The notes under the pieces were generated by a model. It worked only from the letters and a program-made list of their open reading frames with translations, was not told where the DNA came from and did not search any database. From assembly GCA_965225815.1 (NCBI GenBank), contig CBDDBP010000006.1:2956-66955 (forward strand): a stretch of 64,000 nt of DNA, in the 5' to 3' direction. A program made the position numbers and the translations under genes. Of the stretch, positions 35,544 through 45,184 are shown piece after piece (position 1 is the stretch's first letter; every line of letters begins with the position of its first letter). The stretch comes from Dehalococcoidia bacterium (GTDB lineage: Bacteria > Chloroflexota > Dehalococcoidia > DSTF01 > WHTK01).

Positions 35544-35624
35544 TCAGCGTCAACCTTGGAGGACATAGGGATGGGTAGGCGGCGAGGGGCGAGGAGACGT
35601 CGCGGAAGGTGGGGTCGAGGGAGG
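35470..35624. repeat. Diverged direct repeat, copy II
   Basis: Aligns with 35903-36039. Shared blocks are atcgac.ggtt..cgtcccaggtgaaggttgtcg.gttgctgttgagggtgcgcg and gggtaggcgg.gaggggcgaggagacgtcgcggaaggtgg.gtcgagggagg. Confidence 0.75.
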
Positions 35625-35644
35625 AACCCCTAATTTACGGGCCT

Positions 35645-35827
35645 TTACTCGTCGAGCTTGCCAAAACCACGCAGAAGCATAAGTGTGCCAAAGAGGACGA
35701 TGGGTGTCGTGATTACGACAATGAGGAGCCCAGGCAGGACGTCATCGCCTTCCAGAAGGACGCGCCAGACGTTTACCGCAGTGAATGCGGCTACGACGGA
35801 AATAACGAACTTTTTAGTTGGCCGCAT
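35645..35827 (-). CDS. Possible 60-aa two-TM membrane protein
   Basis: Two hydrophobic helices (FVISVVAAFTAVNVW and LLIVVITTPIVLFGTLMLL). Low-GC insert, no clear SD. Confidence 0.3.
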   Translation of the reverse strand: MRPTKKFVISVVAAFTAVNVWRVLLEGDDVLPGLLIVVITTPIVLFGTLMLLRGFGKLDE

Positions 35828-35896
35828 CAGTTGAAGATCAATGCTAACGGCGGGGTTCCGGTACGAAGGTACCGTTATCCATCGCGTTCGACTACT

Positions 35897-37738
35897 TCAA
35901 TTATCGACTGGTTGGCGTCCCAGGTGAAGGTTGTCGCGTTGCTGTTGAGGGTGCGCGAGGGACGCGAACGTCGTCGTCAGCGGGGTGGGTAGGCGGGCGA
36001 GGGGCGAGGAGACGTCGCGGAAGGTGGCGTCGAGGGAGGTTATGACCTCGACGACGGCGGGTTTGCCGACCTCGACGACGGCGGGTTTGCCAGGCGAGGG
36101 CTTTGTTGACGGTTTGGGTGATGTCGGCGGGGTCTTCGACGCGGAAGGCTTCGCAGCCCATGGCGCGCGTGATCGCGCTGTAGTCGAAGGCGTGGAAGCT
36201 TGAGGCGATGGGGCGGTCGCCCTGGCCGTGGCGCACCCAGCCGAGGGCCGAGTTGTTCAAGACGACGGTGACGATGTTGATACCCTCCTCGATGGCGGTG
36301 AGGAGGCCGTTCAGGGCGATGGCGAAGCCGCCGTCGCCGCAGACGGCGATGACGCCGCGATCGGGGTGAACCAGCTTGGCGGCGAGCGCGGCGGGGACGG
36401 CGTAGCCCATGCCGCCGACGGCGGCGGGCTGGAGGTACTCCATGCTGCCGCGGGTCTGGAAGTGATGCATCATGAACAGCCGATTCTCGCCGGCGTCGCA
36501 GGTGATGATGCAGTCGTCCGGCGCGGCCTTGCCGAGGTCGGCGATGAGGCGCTGGGGCAGGATGGGCCGGGCGGCGGATTCGGACTCAGGGACGTGGAAG
36601 GAAGCTAACTTACGGTGGGCTTCTGTCACTTCCAGGGGTCCGTTGACGCGGCCGGGGAGCTCTGCCTGACGGACGGCGTCGACGAGCTGACCGAGGATTG
36701 CTGTCGCATCGCCGATGAGGGTGTGCTGCACCGGAAAGGACCAGCCGGCGTGGCGCGGCTCGACGTCGATTTGGAGGAAGACCTGTCGCTCGGGGTCGAG
36801 CAGGGCCGGGTTCTCGTTGGCGGTGTCGGTGGGGCCGAGCTTGGTGCCGACGGCGAGGATGAGGTCGGCGTCGGCGATGGTTGCGTTGGCGGCTTCGAGG
36901 CCGAAGTTGCCGAAGACACCGAGGGCAAGGGGATGATTCTCCGGGAAGGTGGCTTTGCCAGATGCCGTGGTGGCGACGGGCGTGCCGAGGAGCTCGGCGA
37001 GCTCGAGCAGTTGCGATTGGGCGGCGCTCATACGGACGCCGTTGCCGGCGACGATAACGGGCTTCGAGGCTCGGGCCAGGGCTTGGACCGCATCTGAGAT
37101 GTCGCCGGGGTCGGCGGTTTCGCGCTGCGAGGGGAGGTAGTGCTCCGTGGCGTAGAGGCGGGGCGTCGTGTCGGGGCCTACGGTGGCCGAGAGTGCAGCG
37201 CTGTGGAAGAGAAGTGCTACGGGGGGCCGGGTTGTCCCGTGGTGGCGTGCTTGAGGGCGAGCTGAGTGCTCTGGACGGCGGAAGCGGCGTCGCGGGCGAC
37301 GAAGACCTCCTTGGTGTAACCACGAATCGTGTCGCGGGCGTCCCAGCTACCGAAGTCGCCGGTGCCAGACTGATAGGGGCCGTGCTGGGTGAAGGGGTGG
37401 CCGTCGCTGAGGTCGGCGATGACGAGCATTGGGCTGCCGGCGAGATAGGCCTCGACGATGCCCATGCCGGAGTTGGTCAGCATGAAGGCGGCCTGACCCA
37501 TGGCGACGGCAGGGCGTCCGGTGAGGCGGCCGTGGGCGTCGGCCATGACGGCGGCGAGACCCTCTTCGCGGGCGAGGACGGTTCGGATGGTCGAGCGGCG
37601 GTCGTAGAGGGCGTCGTAGATCGGGATCGTGCGGCCGCCGGGCATGCCGAAGACGAAATTGACGCCGGCCTCTTCGAGGACCTGGACGATGGCCTGGGGG
37701 ACGGAGACGGTTGCAGTGAGAAGGCGTCTGGCGGTCAT
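35897..37738 (-). pseudogene. Thiamine-diphosphate enzyme (acetolactate synthase/benzoylformate decarboxylase-like), frame-disrupted
   Basis: The N-terminal domain (37217..37738) ends at a G6 run (37221-37226). The middle and PP domains continue in another frame (GDGGFAIALNGL). There is a second frame break at 36089-36093, and a 24-bp tandem duplication at 36044-36091. Confidence 0.6.
35903..36039. repeat. Diverged direct repeat, copy I
   Basis: See copy II. On the minus strand it encodes SLDATFRDVSSPLA and the YD fragment SRTLNSNATTFTWDANQSI. Confidence 0.75.
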
Positions 37739-37832
37739 GAGCTTGCCTCCCGTCCTAGAAGTGGTGGACTTAGTGTGAGGATTCTACCCCGGCCTGAAGG
37801 CCGGGGCATAAGGGGGCGACAACGCCGCGTCG

Positions 37833-39506
37833 CTAGAAGTGATGGGCGTAGCTGCCATCGATGACGACGTCGACGAGGGCGGGGCCTTTGTGGTCGAGGG
37901 CGCGCTTGAGGGCAGGGGCGAGGTCGGCTGGGTTATCGACGCGGTCGGCGGGAATGTCCCAGACGCCGGCCTGCTTCGCGAGGTTGATGACGGGTTCGCC
38001 GAAGTTCATGCCGAGGAAGCCGCTCTTGCGCTCGCTGGCGCCGAGGTAGCGCACCATGCCCTGCTTGAGGATACGGTAGCTGGCGTTGTTGAAGACGACG
38101 TAGGTGACATCGATGTTGTACTTGGCGGCGGTCCAGAGGCCCTGGATGCTGTACATGCTGTCGCCCTCGCGGAGGAGGCCGACGACGGGGCGGTCGGGCA
38201 GGGCCAGCTTGACGCCGAGGGTGCCGGGCAGGGGGAAGCCCAACGAGGCGTTGCCGTCGAAGAAGGAGTTGGGCTGGGTGAGCTCCATGAGCTGGGCGAA
38301 GGGGGCGCGGCCGGAGGTTCCGCCGGCGCCGACGAAGGCGGTATCGGCGGGCACGGCGTCGCGGACCTCGGCCATGAGGCGCATGGGGCTGATGGGGGTG
38401 TTGTCCCACTCCGCTTTGAGTTGTTCTTCCGCCTTCTGACGCATTTCGATGTTCGACTGCGTGATCACGGTGGCGCGCTGCTGGCAGTTGGTGCGCTGAG
38501 CCGGCGTGAGGGCGCGGTCGAGGGCTTCACGGACGTCGCGGGCGGCCCAGGCAGTGTCGGCGAGGACGCTCATGGTGACGGCGTAGTTCTTGGCGAGCTC
38601 CCAGGTATCGACGTCGACCTGGATGAATACGGAGTCGTCGGCGACGGGGCTGCCGCCTTCGTAGAACAACGGCATGAAGGGATTGCTGGTGCCGAAGGCG
38701 AGGACAACGTCGTGACTGGCGAGGGACTCCTTGGCGCCACCGAGGAAGCCGAGCGGGCCAACGTAAAGCGGGTGGTTGGTGGGGAAGTTCCACTGGCGAC
38801 TGGCGGTCTGAGAGACGGCGCAGCCGGCGAGCTCGGCGAGGGCAGCGACGTCGGCGGCGGCGGAGGAGAGCGCCATGTTGTCGCCGCAAAGGATGATCGG
38901 GTTCTCGGCTTCAGCGAGGTAGCGGGCGATGCGAGCGGCGGCGGAGGGATCGGGGCGGCTGGACCAATCGGTGTGGACGGTGGGCGTGATCGGCTCATCG
39001 ACCTCGCCATCGAGGACGTCCTGGGGGAGGCTGAGAACGACGGGGCCCTGCGGCGGCTCGGCGGCGACCTTGAAGGCGCGGCGCATGAGCATGGGGATGT
39101 CCTCGGCGCGGTGGGCTTCGCCAACCCACTTGGTCCAGGGCTCGGCGAAGCGGACGAGATCGGCGTAGAGCAGAGGCTCGGTGGCGGTGTAGCGGGTATC
39201 CTGCTGGCCGACGGTGACGACGAGGGGGGAGCCGTTCTTGCGGGCATTGTAGATCATGCTCATCGCGTTGGCGAGACCGGGGGCGATGTGGACGTTGACG
39301 ACGGCGGGCTTGTGGGTGGCGCGGGCGTAGCCGTCGGCCATGGCGAGAGGGACGGTCTCGTGCAGGCCGAGGACGTATTCGAGCTCGGGGTAGTCCTGCA
39401 GGCCGTCCATGAAGGCGAGCTCGGTGGAGCCCGGGTTGCCGAAGACGTACTTCGTGCCTTCGGCCAGGAGTTGCTGCATTACGGCGTGTTTGCCCAGGAC
39501 TGCCAT
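37833..39506 (-). CDS. Thiamine-diphosphate-dependent enzyme (benzoylformate decarboxylase/ALS large subunit-like)
   Basis: 557 aa, intact. Motifs FGNPGSTE and REGDSMYSIQGLWTAAKYNIDVTYVVFNN. Confidence 0.9.
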   Translation of the reverse strand: MAVLGKHAVMQQLLAEGTKYVFGNPGSTELAFMDGLQDYPELEYVLGLHETVPLAMADGYARATHKPAVVNVHIAPGLANAMSMIYNARKNGSPLVVTVGQQDTRYTATEPLLYADLVRFAEPWTKWVGEAHRAEDIPMLMRRAFKVAAEPPQGPVVLSLPQDVLDGEVDEPITPTVHTDWSSRPDPSAAARIARYLAEAENPIILCGDNMALSSAAADVAALAELAGCAVSQTASRQWNFPTNHPLYVGPLGFLGGAKESLASHDVVLAFGTSNPFMPLFYEGGSPVADDSVFIQVDVDTWELAKNYAVTMSVLADTAWAARDVREALDRALTPAQRTNCQQRATVITQSNIEMRQKAEEQLKAEWDNTPISPMRLMAEVRDAVPADTAFVGAGGTSGRAPFAQLMELTQPNSFFDGNASLGFPLPGTLGVKLALPDRPVVGLLREGDSMYSIQGLWTAAKYNIDVTYVVFNNASYRILKQGMVRYLGASERKSGFLGMNFGEPVINLAKQAGVWDIPADRVDNPADLAPALKRALDHKGPALVDVVIDGSYAHHF

Positions 39507-39554
39507 GAGTTGGTCTCCTCTTCGAATCAGGGACGTTTGGTGGGACGATTATAG

Positions 39555-39710
39555 GCGGGTTGGTGGACTTCGTTGGATCGTCGACGCCTTCGCGTCCGGC
39601 GGTCTTCCTATCGGGCGACCTTGTTCGCTTCGTCTCGATAACCATCCAGTTCGAGGGGACACCCCTCGAGCTCCCCGCGCATGGGCTGCGCCCCCGCTAC
39701 CCGGCTGACG
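39555..39710. repeat. c-type REP-like unit
   Basis: ggtggacttcgttgg...tcgaggggacacccctcga (39651-39669)...ccccgcgcatgggctgcgcccccgctacc, matching the units at 13260-13340. Confidence 0.8.
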
Positions 39711-39765
39711 GATAGCTGAGAGGTGGGTCGCAGGAGATCGTCTCTGTTTAGCAGGCCTCGCGACT

Positions 39766-40401
39766 TTAGGGGCTCACTTTCATGGTGAGCCAGGTGGCGA
39801 TGTGTTGTTCGAGGACGGATTCGGCGCCGCGCCAGAAGTGATCGACTCCGGGGACGATGACGACTTCAGTGGCGTCCTGGGGACGAGCCTGCGCGGCGAG
39901 TAGGAGCTGCTCCGAGGCGCAGACGTGGTCGGCGTCGCCGGTGATGAGAAGCAGGGGGCCGGAGATGGCCTGAAGGATCGAGACTTTGTCAGCGCTGCCG
40001 GTTGGCAATGAGACGAGGGCGGCGGGCAGGGAGTCGTCGTGCGCCGACGCGACTGCCGCCGCGACACCGGCGCCGAAGGAGTAGCCAGTCAACCCGACGC
40101 GATCGATGCCTTCGAGGAATGCGGCGTGAGCGAGCGCGGCCCGGACGTCGTCTTGCTCGCCACATCCTTCATCGTGGGCACCCTGGCTGACGCCGACGCC
40201 ACGGAAGTTGAAGGCGAGGGCTGCGACACCGGCAGCGTTGACGGCGTTGACGATGGCGGTGACGACGTTGTTGCGCATGTCGCCGCCACGCAGGGGATGC
40301 GGGTGGCAGACGACGACCGCGGCCGAGGCGCCGGCGGGCGCGTAGAGAAGGCCTTCGAGTTGAAGGTCGCCGCTCTTGAAGTTGATCGGTTGTGGAGGCA
40401 T
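39766..40401 (-). CDS. Alpha/beta hydrolase (dienelactone hydrolase-like)
   Basis: ATG at 40401 gives MPPQPINFKSGDLQLEG.... Nucleophile elbow GYSFGAG. The track ORF start at 40641 is unlikely. Confidence 0.8.
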   Translation of the reverse strand: MPPQPINFKSGDLQLEGLLYAPAGASAAVVVCHPHPLRGGDMRNNVVTAIVNAVNAAGVAALAFNFRGVGVSQGAHDEGCGEQDDVRAALAHAAFLEGIDRVGLTGYSFGAGVAAAVASAHDDSLPAALVSLPTGSADKVSILQAISGPLLLITGDADHVCASEQLLLAAQARPQDATEVVIVPGVDHFWRGAESVLEQHIATWLTMKVSP

Positions 40402-40579
40402 GACTCTTCCGTTTGCTATGGGCCAGGGACGGTTAAAGACTAGCAGTGATTCTTGGCCACGAGTAGCGGACGAGGCGGCGCACTCGCGGGCGCTTCTTGA
40501 AACCACGCCTTGGCCTGGGCCAGTATTGCCACGAATCGATGACTGTCGCCCCAGAAATCCAGTTTTGGAGGAGTCGAGC

Positions 40580-40939
40580 GTGATTATCCATCCTGACGAC
40601 ATGGCCGAGACTGCGCAGGAACCGCGGCCGTTGGTGCTCAAACGGCTCGTGAATGTCGACGAGCACAGCGAAAAGATCAGCGTGACGTGGGTGCGGATCT
40701 GGGGCCATCACGACCGCGTCGTCAATGACGCCAGCGACCGCGTCTACTACATCGCCAGCGGCTCGGGGCGGTTCCAGGTTGGTGATGGGGCGCCAGAGGC
40801 GGTGACCGAAGGGGACATCGTGCTGATCGACGCGGGTACGCCGTACGAACTCGAAGGCGAGATGACGTACCTGGTGATGAACGGTCCGGCATTCGCGACG
40901 AACTCGGACCGTGTCCTGCCGTCCGTGATGGGGGAATAA
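40580..40939 (+). CDS. Cupin domain protein
   Basis: GTG at 40580 lies 6 nt after GGAGGAG. Beta-barrel pattern YYIASGSGRFQVGD...GDIVLIDAGTPYE. Confidence 0.7.
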   Translation: MIIHPDDMAETAQEPRPLVLKRLVNVDEHSEKISVTWVRIWGHHDRVVNDASDRVYYIASGSGRFQVGDGAPEAVTEGDIVLIDAGTPYELEGEMTYLVMNGPAFATNSDRVLPSVMGE

Positions 40940-40982
40940 TCGTAACGCGCACTGGCTCCTTGATTACGGATGATCGGCCGGC

Positions 40983-42278
40983 ATGATCGATACTCCGGCG
41001 ACCTGGCAGAGCCGCCTGCCGTTCTTTTACGGATGGGCGGTTGTGGCCGTCGCTCTATTCACGACGTTCTTTGGCATCGGCTTGATCTGGTCCGCGAGCA
41101 TTTTCGCGAACTCGATGACGGAGGAGCTGGATTGGAGTAACTCGGCGTTCTTCTTCGCGCTGAGTTTGCGTGGCTGGACGGGAATCGTAATCGCGCCGAT
41201 CGTCGGGCCTTACCTGGATCGTCAGCATGGAATTCGCGCCCTGGCGATCGGCGGTGGGCTGATCAACGTGGCGGCGCTGGTACTGATCAGCCAGGTACAG
41301 GAGGAGTGGCAGTTCGTCCTGCTGTTCGGCGTTGTAGGCGGGGTGGCCCAGGCGTTGCAAATGGGCGCCACGGTGATCATCCCAAAGTGGTTCGTGCGAC
41401 GGCGAGGCATGGCGGTATCGCTGGCTTCGGCCGGCGGCGGACTGGCGGCGCTGACGTTGCCGACGCTTCTCGTCGCTGTCGAGAGCGCGCTGAGCTGGCG
41501 CAGCGGGTGGCTGTTGCTGGCGCTGCTGGCGTTGCTTTTCTCGACCCTCCCGGCGCTGCTGCTGCACCGTCAGCCAGAAGACGTGGGCCTACTGCCGGAT
41601 GGAGACGGCAAGAAGGGCGAGAGTCAATCACAGGCGCCCAGGCGCGAGGAGCCCAGCTTTACGCGAAGTGAGGCGATCCGGACTCCTACGTTCTGGATGC
41701 TGATGGTCGCTGTAGCGTTTGGGGCGCTGGCCGCGAACGGTCTTCCGGCCAACATGACGAACCTGTTCGTCGACCGCGGCCTCGAACTCGACACGGCGGC
41801 GACGGCGCTGGTCTTTTACGGTCTGGCCTCGTTCATGGCGAAGTTCTTCTGGGGCTGGCTGGCGAACAAGTACGAGCTGCGACTCGTGATGCTGTTCTTG
41901 ACGGGTTATGGGATGCTGGCGGTGCCGACGATCTTGCTGATTCCGTCTTCCGTGGGTACGCCGGCCATGGTCTACGGGGCGCTGGTTGGCTTCTACGTTG
42001 GGGCGTACATCCCGCTGCACTTCCTAGTCTGGGCGGCATACTTCGGGCGGGCGCACGTCGGGGCGATCAGCGGGGTGGGACGGCCGTTGGGGGCGATGCT
42101 GCTCGCCGGTGGGCCGTTCGTGATCGCGGCGGCGCGAGACGTTTCGGGGACTTATACGGCCGGCATCCTGATTGCAGCGGCGGGGATTGCGGCGGCGTTC
42201 GCCTGTCTATATTTCGTGCGAACTCCAACCCGGCCGGATCGAATGGCGGAGGCAGAGGAACAACTGACCACGGCTTGA
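40983..42278 (+). CDS. MFS transporter
   Basis: 431 aa, 12 TM, FYGWAVV N-terminus as in the neighbouring MFS paralogues. Confidence 0.9.
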   Translation: MIDTPATWQSRLPFFYGWAVVAVALFTTFFGIGLIWSASIFANSMTEELDWSNSAFFFALSLRGWTGIVIAPIVGPYLDRQHGIRALAIGGGLINVAALVLISQVQEEWQFVLLFGVVGGVAQALQMGATVIIPKWFVRRRGMAVSLASAGGGLAALTLPTLLVAVESALSWRSGWLLLALLALLFSTLPALLLHRQPEDVGLLPDGDGKKGESQSQAPRREEPSFTRSEAIRTPTFWMLMVAVAFGALAANGLPANMTNLFVDRGLELDTAATALVFYGLASFMAKFFWGWLANKYELRLVMLFLTGYGMLAVPTILLIPSSVGTPAMVYGALVGFYVGAYIPLHFLVWAAYFGRAHVGAISGVGRPLGAMLLAGGPFVIAAARDVSGTYTAGILIAAAGIAAAFACLYFVRTPTRPDRMAEAEEQLTTA

Positions 42279-42367
42279 CGGCGCTTGGCTCGAGCCAAGT
42301 TTCACGATTGGGCGAGATGTGCTTCGGGGCGAGGGCGGTTCGGTCCCTGCGCCTCGACTAGGATGGC

Positions 42368-43617
42368 TTGATGAGACGGCGCATTTACTACGGCTGGTGG
42401 ATCCTGGCCGCCTCGATCGTGGGCATGACCGTAGTGAGTGGCCTGGCGGCCTGGTCGCTGGGACTGTACGTGCGCCCCCTGGAGAAAGAGTTCGGCTGGT
42501 CCCGGGCGGAGGTGTCGATCGGGTTTTCGGTGGGGATCCTGGTCAGCGGGCTGGCAGGGCCAGGCATCGGGCGGCTTATCGACCGGTTTGGGCTCGCGCT
42601 TCGGTGATTATCGGCGCCATCCTGGCGGCGCTGACGTTTCAGCTCCTGGCCGCGACCGGTTCGCTCTGGCAGTGGTACGTGTTCTCCGGGATCAATGCGG
42701 CGGCGCGGCAGATGATGTTCTTCATCCCGTTTCAGGCGCTGACGTCGCGGTGGTTTGACCGCAGGCGCGGGGCGGCGCTTAGCCTGCTCGGAATTGGCTT
42801 TTCGCTGGGCGGATTCGTCGTACTTCCGCTGCTGGCTTTCGTGATCGAGCTGACGGGTTGGCGCGGCGGGTTCGTCTTTTCGGGGATCCTCGCGGCGGTG
42901 GTGGTGCTGCCGCTGGCGGTTTTCGTGGTACGAGACGATCCGTCGCCGGAGGAGTGGGACTCATTTGGCGAGGGGAGGGACCGGGAGGGTTCGACGCCGT
43001 CGAATGCGACCAGCATCACGCTATCGGCGGCGATCCGACTGCCGATCTTCTGGGTGCTGGCGTTTGGGCTGATGTTGTTCTTCTACGGCCTGATCGGATG
43101 GACGGTCCACCTGGTGCCGTTCTTTGAGTCGAGGGACATATCGCGGGAGACGGCGGCGCTGCTGGTGTCGGGCGCGTCGGGTGTGGGCATCATCTCGCGT
43201 CTGGGGCTGGGCATATTCGTGGACCGGTTCGAGCGGTTCGAGCGGATGGCGGTCGCCTTGATCGGATTGCTGTCGCTTGGGATGTGCGTACTGCTGCTCG
43301 ATTCCGGCATATCAGGCGTGCTGATTTTCCTGGGCCTGTGGGTAATCGGGACGACAACCGGTGCGATAGCCGAGGCGCTGACGCTGACCCGGGCGTTCGG
43401 CATGACGCACTTCGCGACGATCCTGGGCGCGATCGTGGTGATCGAGACGATGGGCGAGATACTGAGCCCCTCGCTGGCGGGGTTCATCTTCGACACGACG
43501 GGGTCTTACGACTGGGCGCTGGTGATGTATGGCCTCACGTTCCTGGGATCGGCGACGATGTTTGCGATCGCGAGCCGTATGACGTACCCGGTTCGGTTGG
43601 CGCCGTCGGGCGCGTAG
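42368..43617 (+). CDS. MFS transporter, one frame disruption at GGG 42590-42592
   Basis: The N-terminus MMRRRIYYGWWILAAS...GRLIDRFG (ORF 42368..42607) continues as ARASVIIGAILAALTF... in the frame of ORF 42319..43617. Confidence 0.75.
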
Positions 43618-43639
43618 CTAAAGCTTTTTCTGCCGGTCC

Positions 43640-44977
43640 CTAGTCCCCGACTGACGGAATGGCGCCCACGGGCCCGTCCGTGGGCACCTGCGTCGTGCGC
43701 GCGGCGTGCCAGTCGGCCAGGGCTTCGTGCCAGACGACTTCGGCCGGCAGGACGGTAGAGCAGGAGCGGCGCCGGTAGGCTGTCGGGTCTTGAGAGCCGG
43801 GAGGAGGCGTACCGGCCTCGCGGAGCGCTCTGGCGGCGCGGATCAGCTTGCGCCGGGTCATGATGATCATCGTGTCGGTCGTGCCGAGATGCTCCTTATG
43901 CCTGGGGTTGATGGCGCCCATGCCGACGGTCATCGCCACGTCCTGGAGGCGGATGGTGGGGATGCCGGTGAAGTTCATCGTGCGCTGAACCTCGCGGTCC
44001 ATGAGGTAGTCGTTGGCGTCGTCGGCGACGGGCCACCAGTCGGGGAAGGGCTTGCCGCCCTGGGCGGGCTTCATGGGCCCCATGCCGTGCTCCTCGGGGA
44101 GCTTGCGGACGTTCTGGTTGAGGACACGGGGGCCGTCGAAGGCTTTCGTGGGGTGCCAGCGCAGGCCCCAGTGCATCGTGGTGTGGTCGTCGATTGGGGT
44201 GTACATGTGCTGGGGTACGGTGCCGTCCGGGGAGCCCGGGAACATGGTGAATACGGGAAAGAGGTACTGCGTCGTACGCCAGTAGGTGCGGCTGGGACCG
44301 TCCTTACGGCTGGCGCCGTAGTAGATGCCGTAGTCGGTGTCGATGATGTCGAGGTGGGGCGCCTTGTCGGGGTGGTAGACGCCGTAGATGTCGGGCTGAT
44401 CGGCCTCGAGGCGGGCGTGGAGGAGGAAGAGGTGGGAGGTGTCGATGTCACCTTCGAGGGCCTGCATCCAGTTGCATTCATAGATGCCCTTGTACTGGTG
44501 GTGGCGCTGCTCTTCGGGGACGTCGCACCATTCAAAACGGGGTAGGCCAGGAGGAGCGGCCTGGTCGGGACCCATGTAGGCCCAGATGATGCCACCTTGC
44601 TCGGCGGCGGCGTAGGCATTGGCCCTGACCTTGGTCTTGAAATTGCTCTCGGCGGGTTCGGAGGGCATGTCGACGCAGGCGCCGGAGACGTCGTACTTCC
44701 AGCCGTGGTAGACGCAGCGCAGGCCTTCTTCCTCATTGCGGCCGAAGAAGAGCGAGGCGCCGCGGTGGGGGCAGGCTTCGGTAATGAGGCCGACCTCGCC
44801 ACTGGAGGTACGGTAGGCGATCATGTTTTCGCCGAGGAGCCGGACGCGCTGAGGCGGGCCGTCATTCTCGAGCTCCCAGCCGTAGAGGAGGGGCAGCCAG
44901 TAGCGACGCATGAGGTCGCCCATGGGCGTGCCAGGTCCGACGCGGCTAAGGGTTTGGTTGTCTTGGATAGAGAGCAT
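43640..44977 (-). CDS. Rieske [2Fe-2S] oxygenase alpha subunit
   Basis: Motifs CPHRGASLFFGRNEEEGLRCVYHGWKY and CNWMQALEGDIDTSHLFLLH. Confidence 0.9.
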   Translation of the reverse strand: MLSIQDNQTLSRVGPGTPMGDLMRRYWLPLLYGWELENDGPPQRVRLLGENMIAYRTSSGEVGLITEACPHRGASLFFGRNEEEGLRCVYHGWKYDVSGACVDMPSEPAESNFKTKVRANAYAAAEQGGIIWAYMGPDQAAPPGLPRFEWCDVPEEQRHHQYKGIYECNWMQALEGDIDTSHLFLLHARLEADQPDIYGVYHPDKAPHLDIIDTDYGIYYGASRKDGPSRTYWRTTQYLFPVFTMFPGSPDGTVPQHMYTPIDDHTTMHWGLRWHPTKAFDGPRVLNQNVRKLPEEHGMGPMKPAQGGKPFPDWWPVADDANDYLMDREVQRTMNFTGIPTIRLQDVAMTVGMGAINPRHKEHLGTTDTMIIMTRRKLIRAARALREAGTPPPGSQDPTAYRRRSCSTVLPAEVVWHEALADWHAARTTQVPTDGPVGAIPSVGD

Positions 44978-45184
44978 CTGTTACCTCCGCGGGTGATGAG
45001 AGAGATTTTACAGCAGCCTGGCGACGGAATGGAGAACTGGAATACGCGCCGACAGGGCCGGCTGTTGCTAGAATTGGCGCACGCCCGAGCCTGAGCCGTT
45101 GATCGGCAGGCGACGGGACGACTGATCTGGGTAGCGCGCCTGGCTTCGGTTCAATGAAGCGGACGCAGGACAGGACTAAACATA

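Noticed and set aside
37839-39554. Very long antisense ORFs in the track (e.g. 37839..39554 + 571 aa, 54960..56081 and 59594..60715 + 373 aa, 24198..25148 - 316 aa, 21354..22259 - 301 aa, 26190..27212 - 340 aa, 28635..29738 - 367 aa, 32828..33958 - 376 aa)
   Set aside because: Each lies fully opposite or out of frame to a gene with clear family motifs. Their translations are low-complexity Gly/Ala/Arg/Val/Asp-rich strings, typical of stop-poor alternative frames in high-GC DNA. None has an SD or a recognisable domain.
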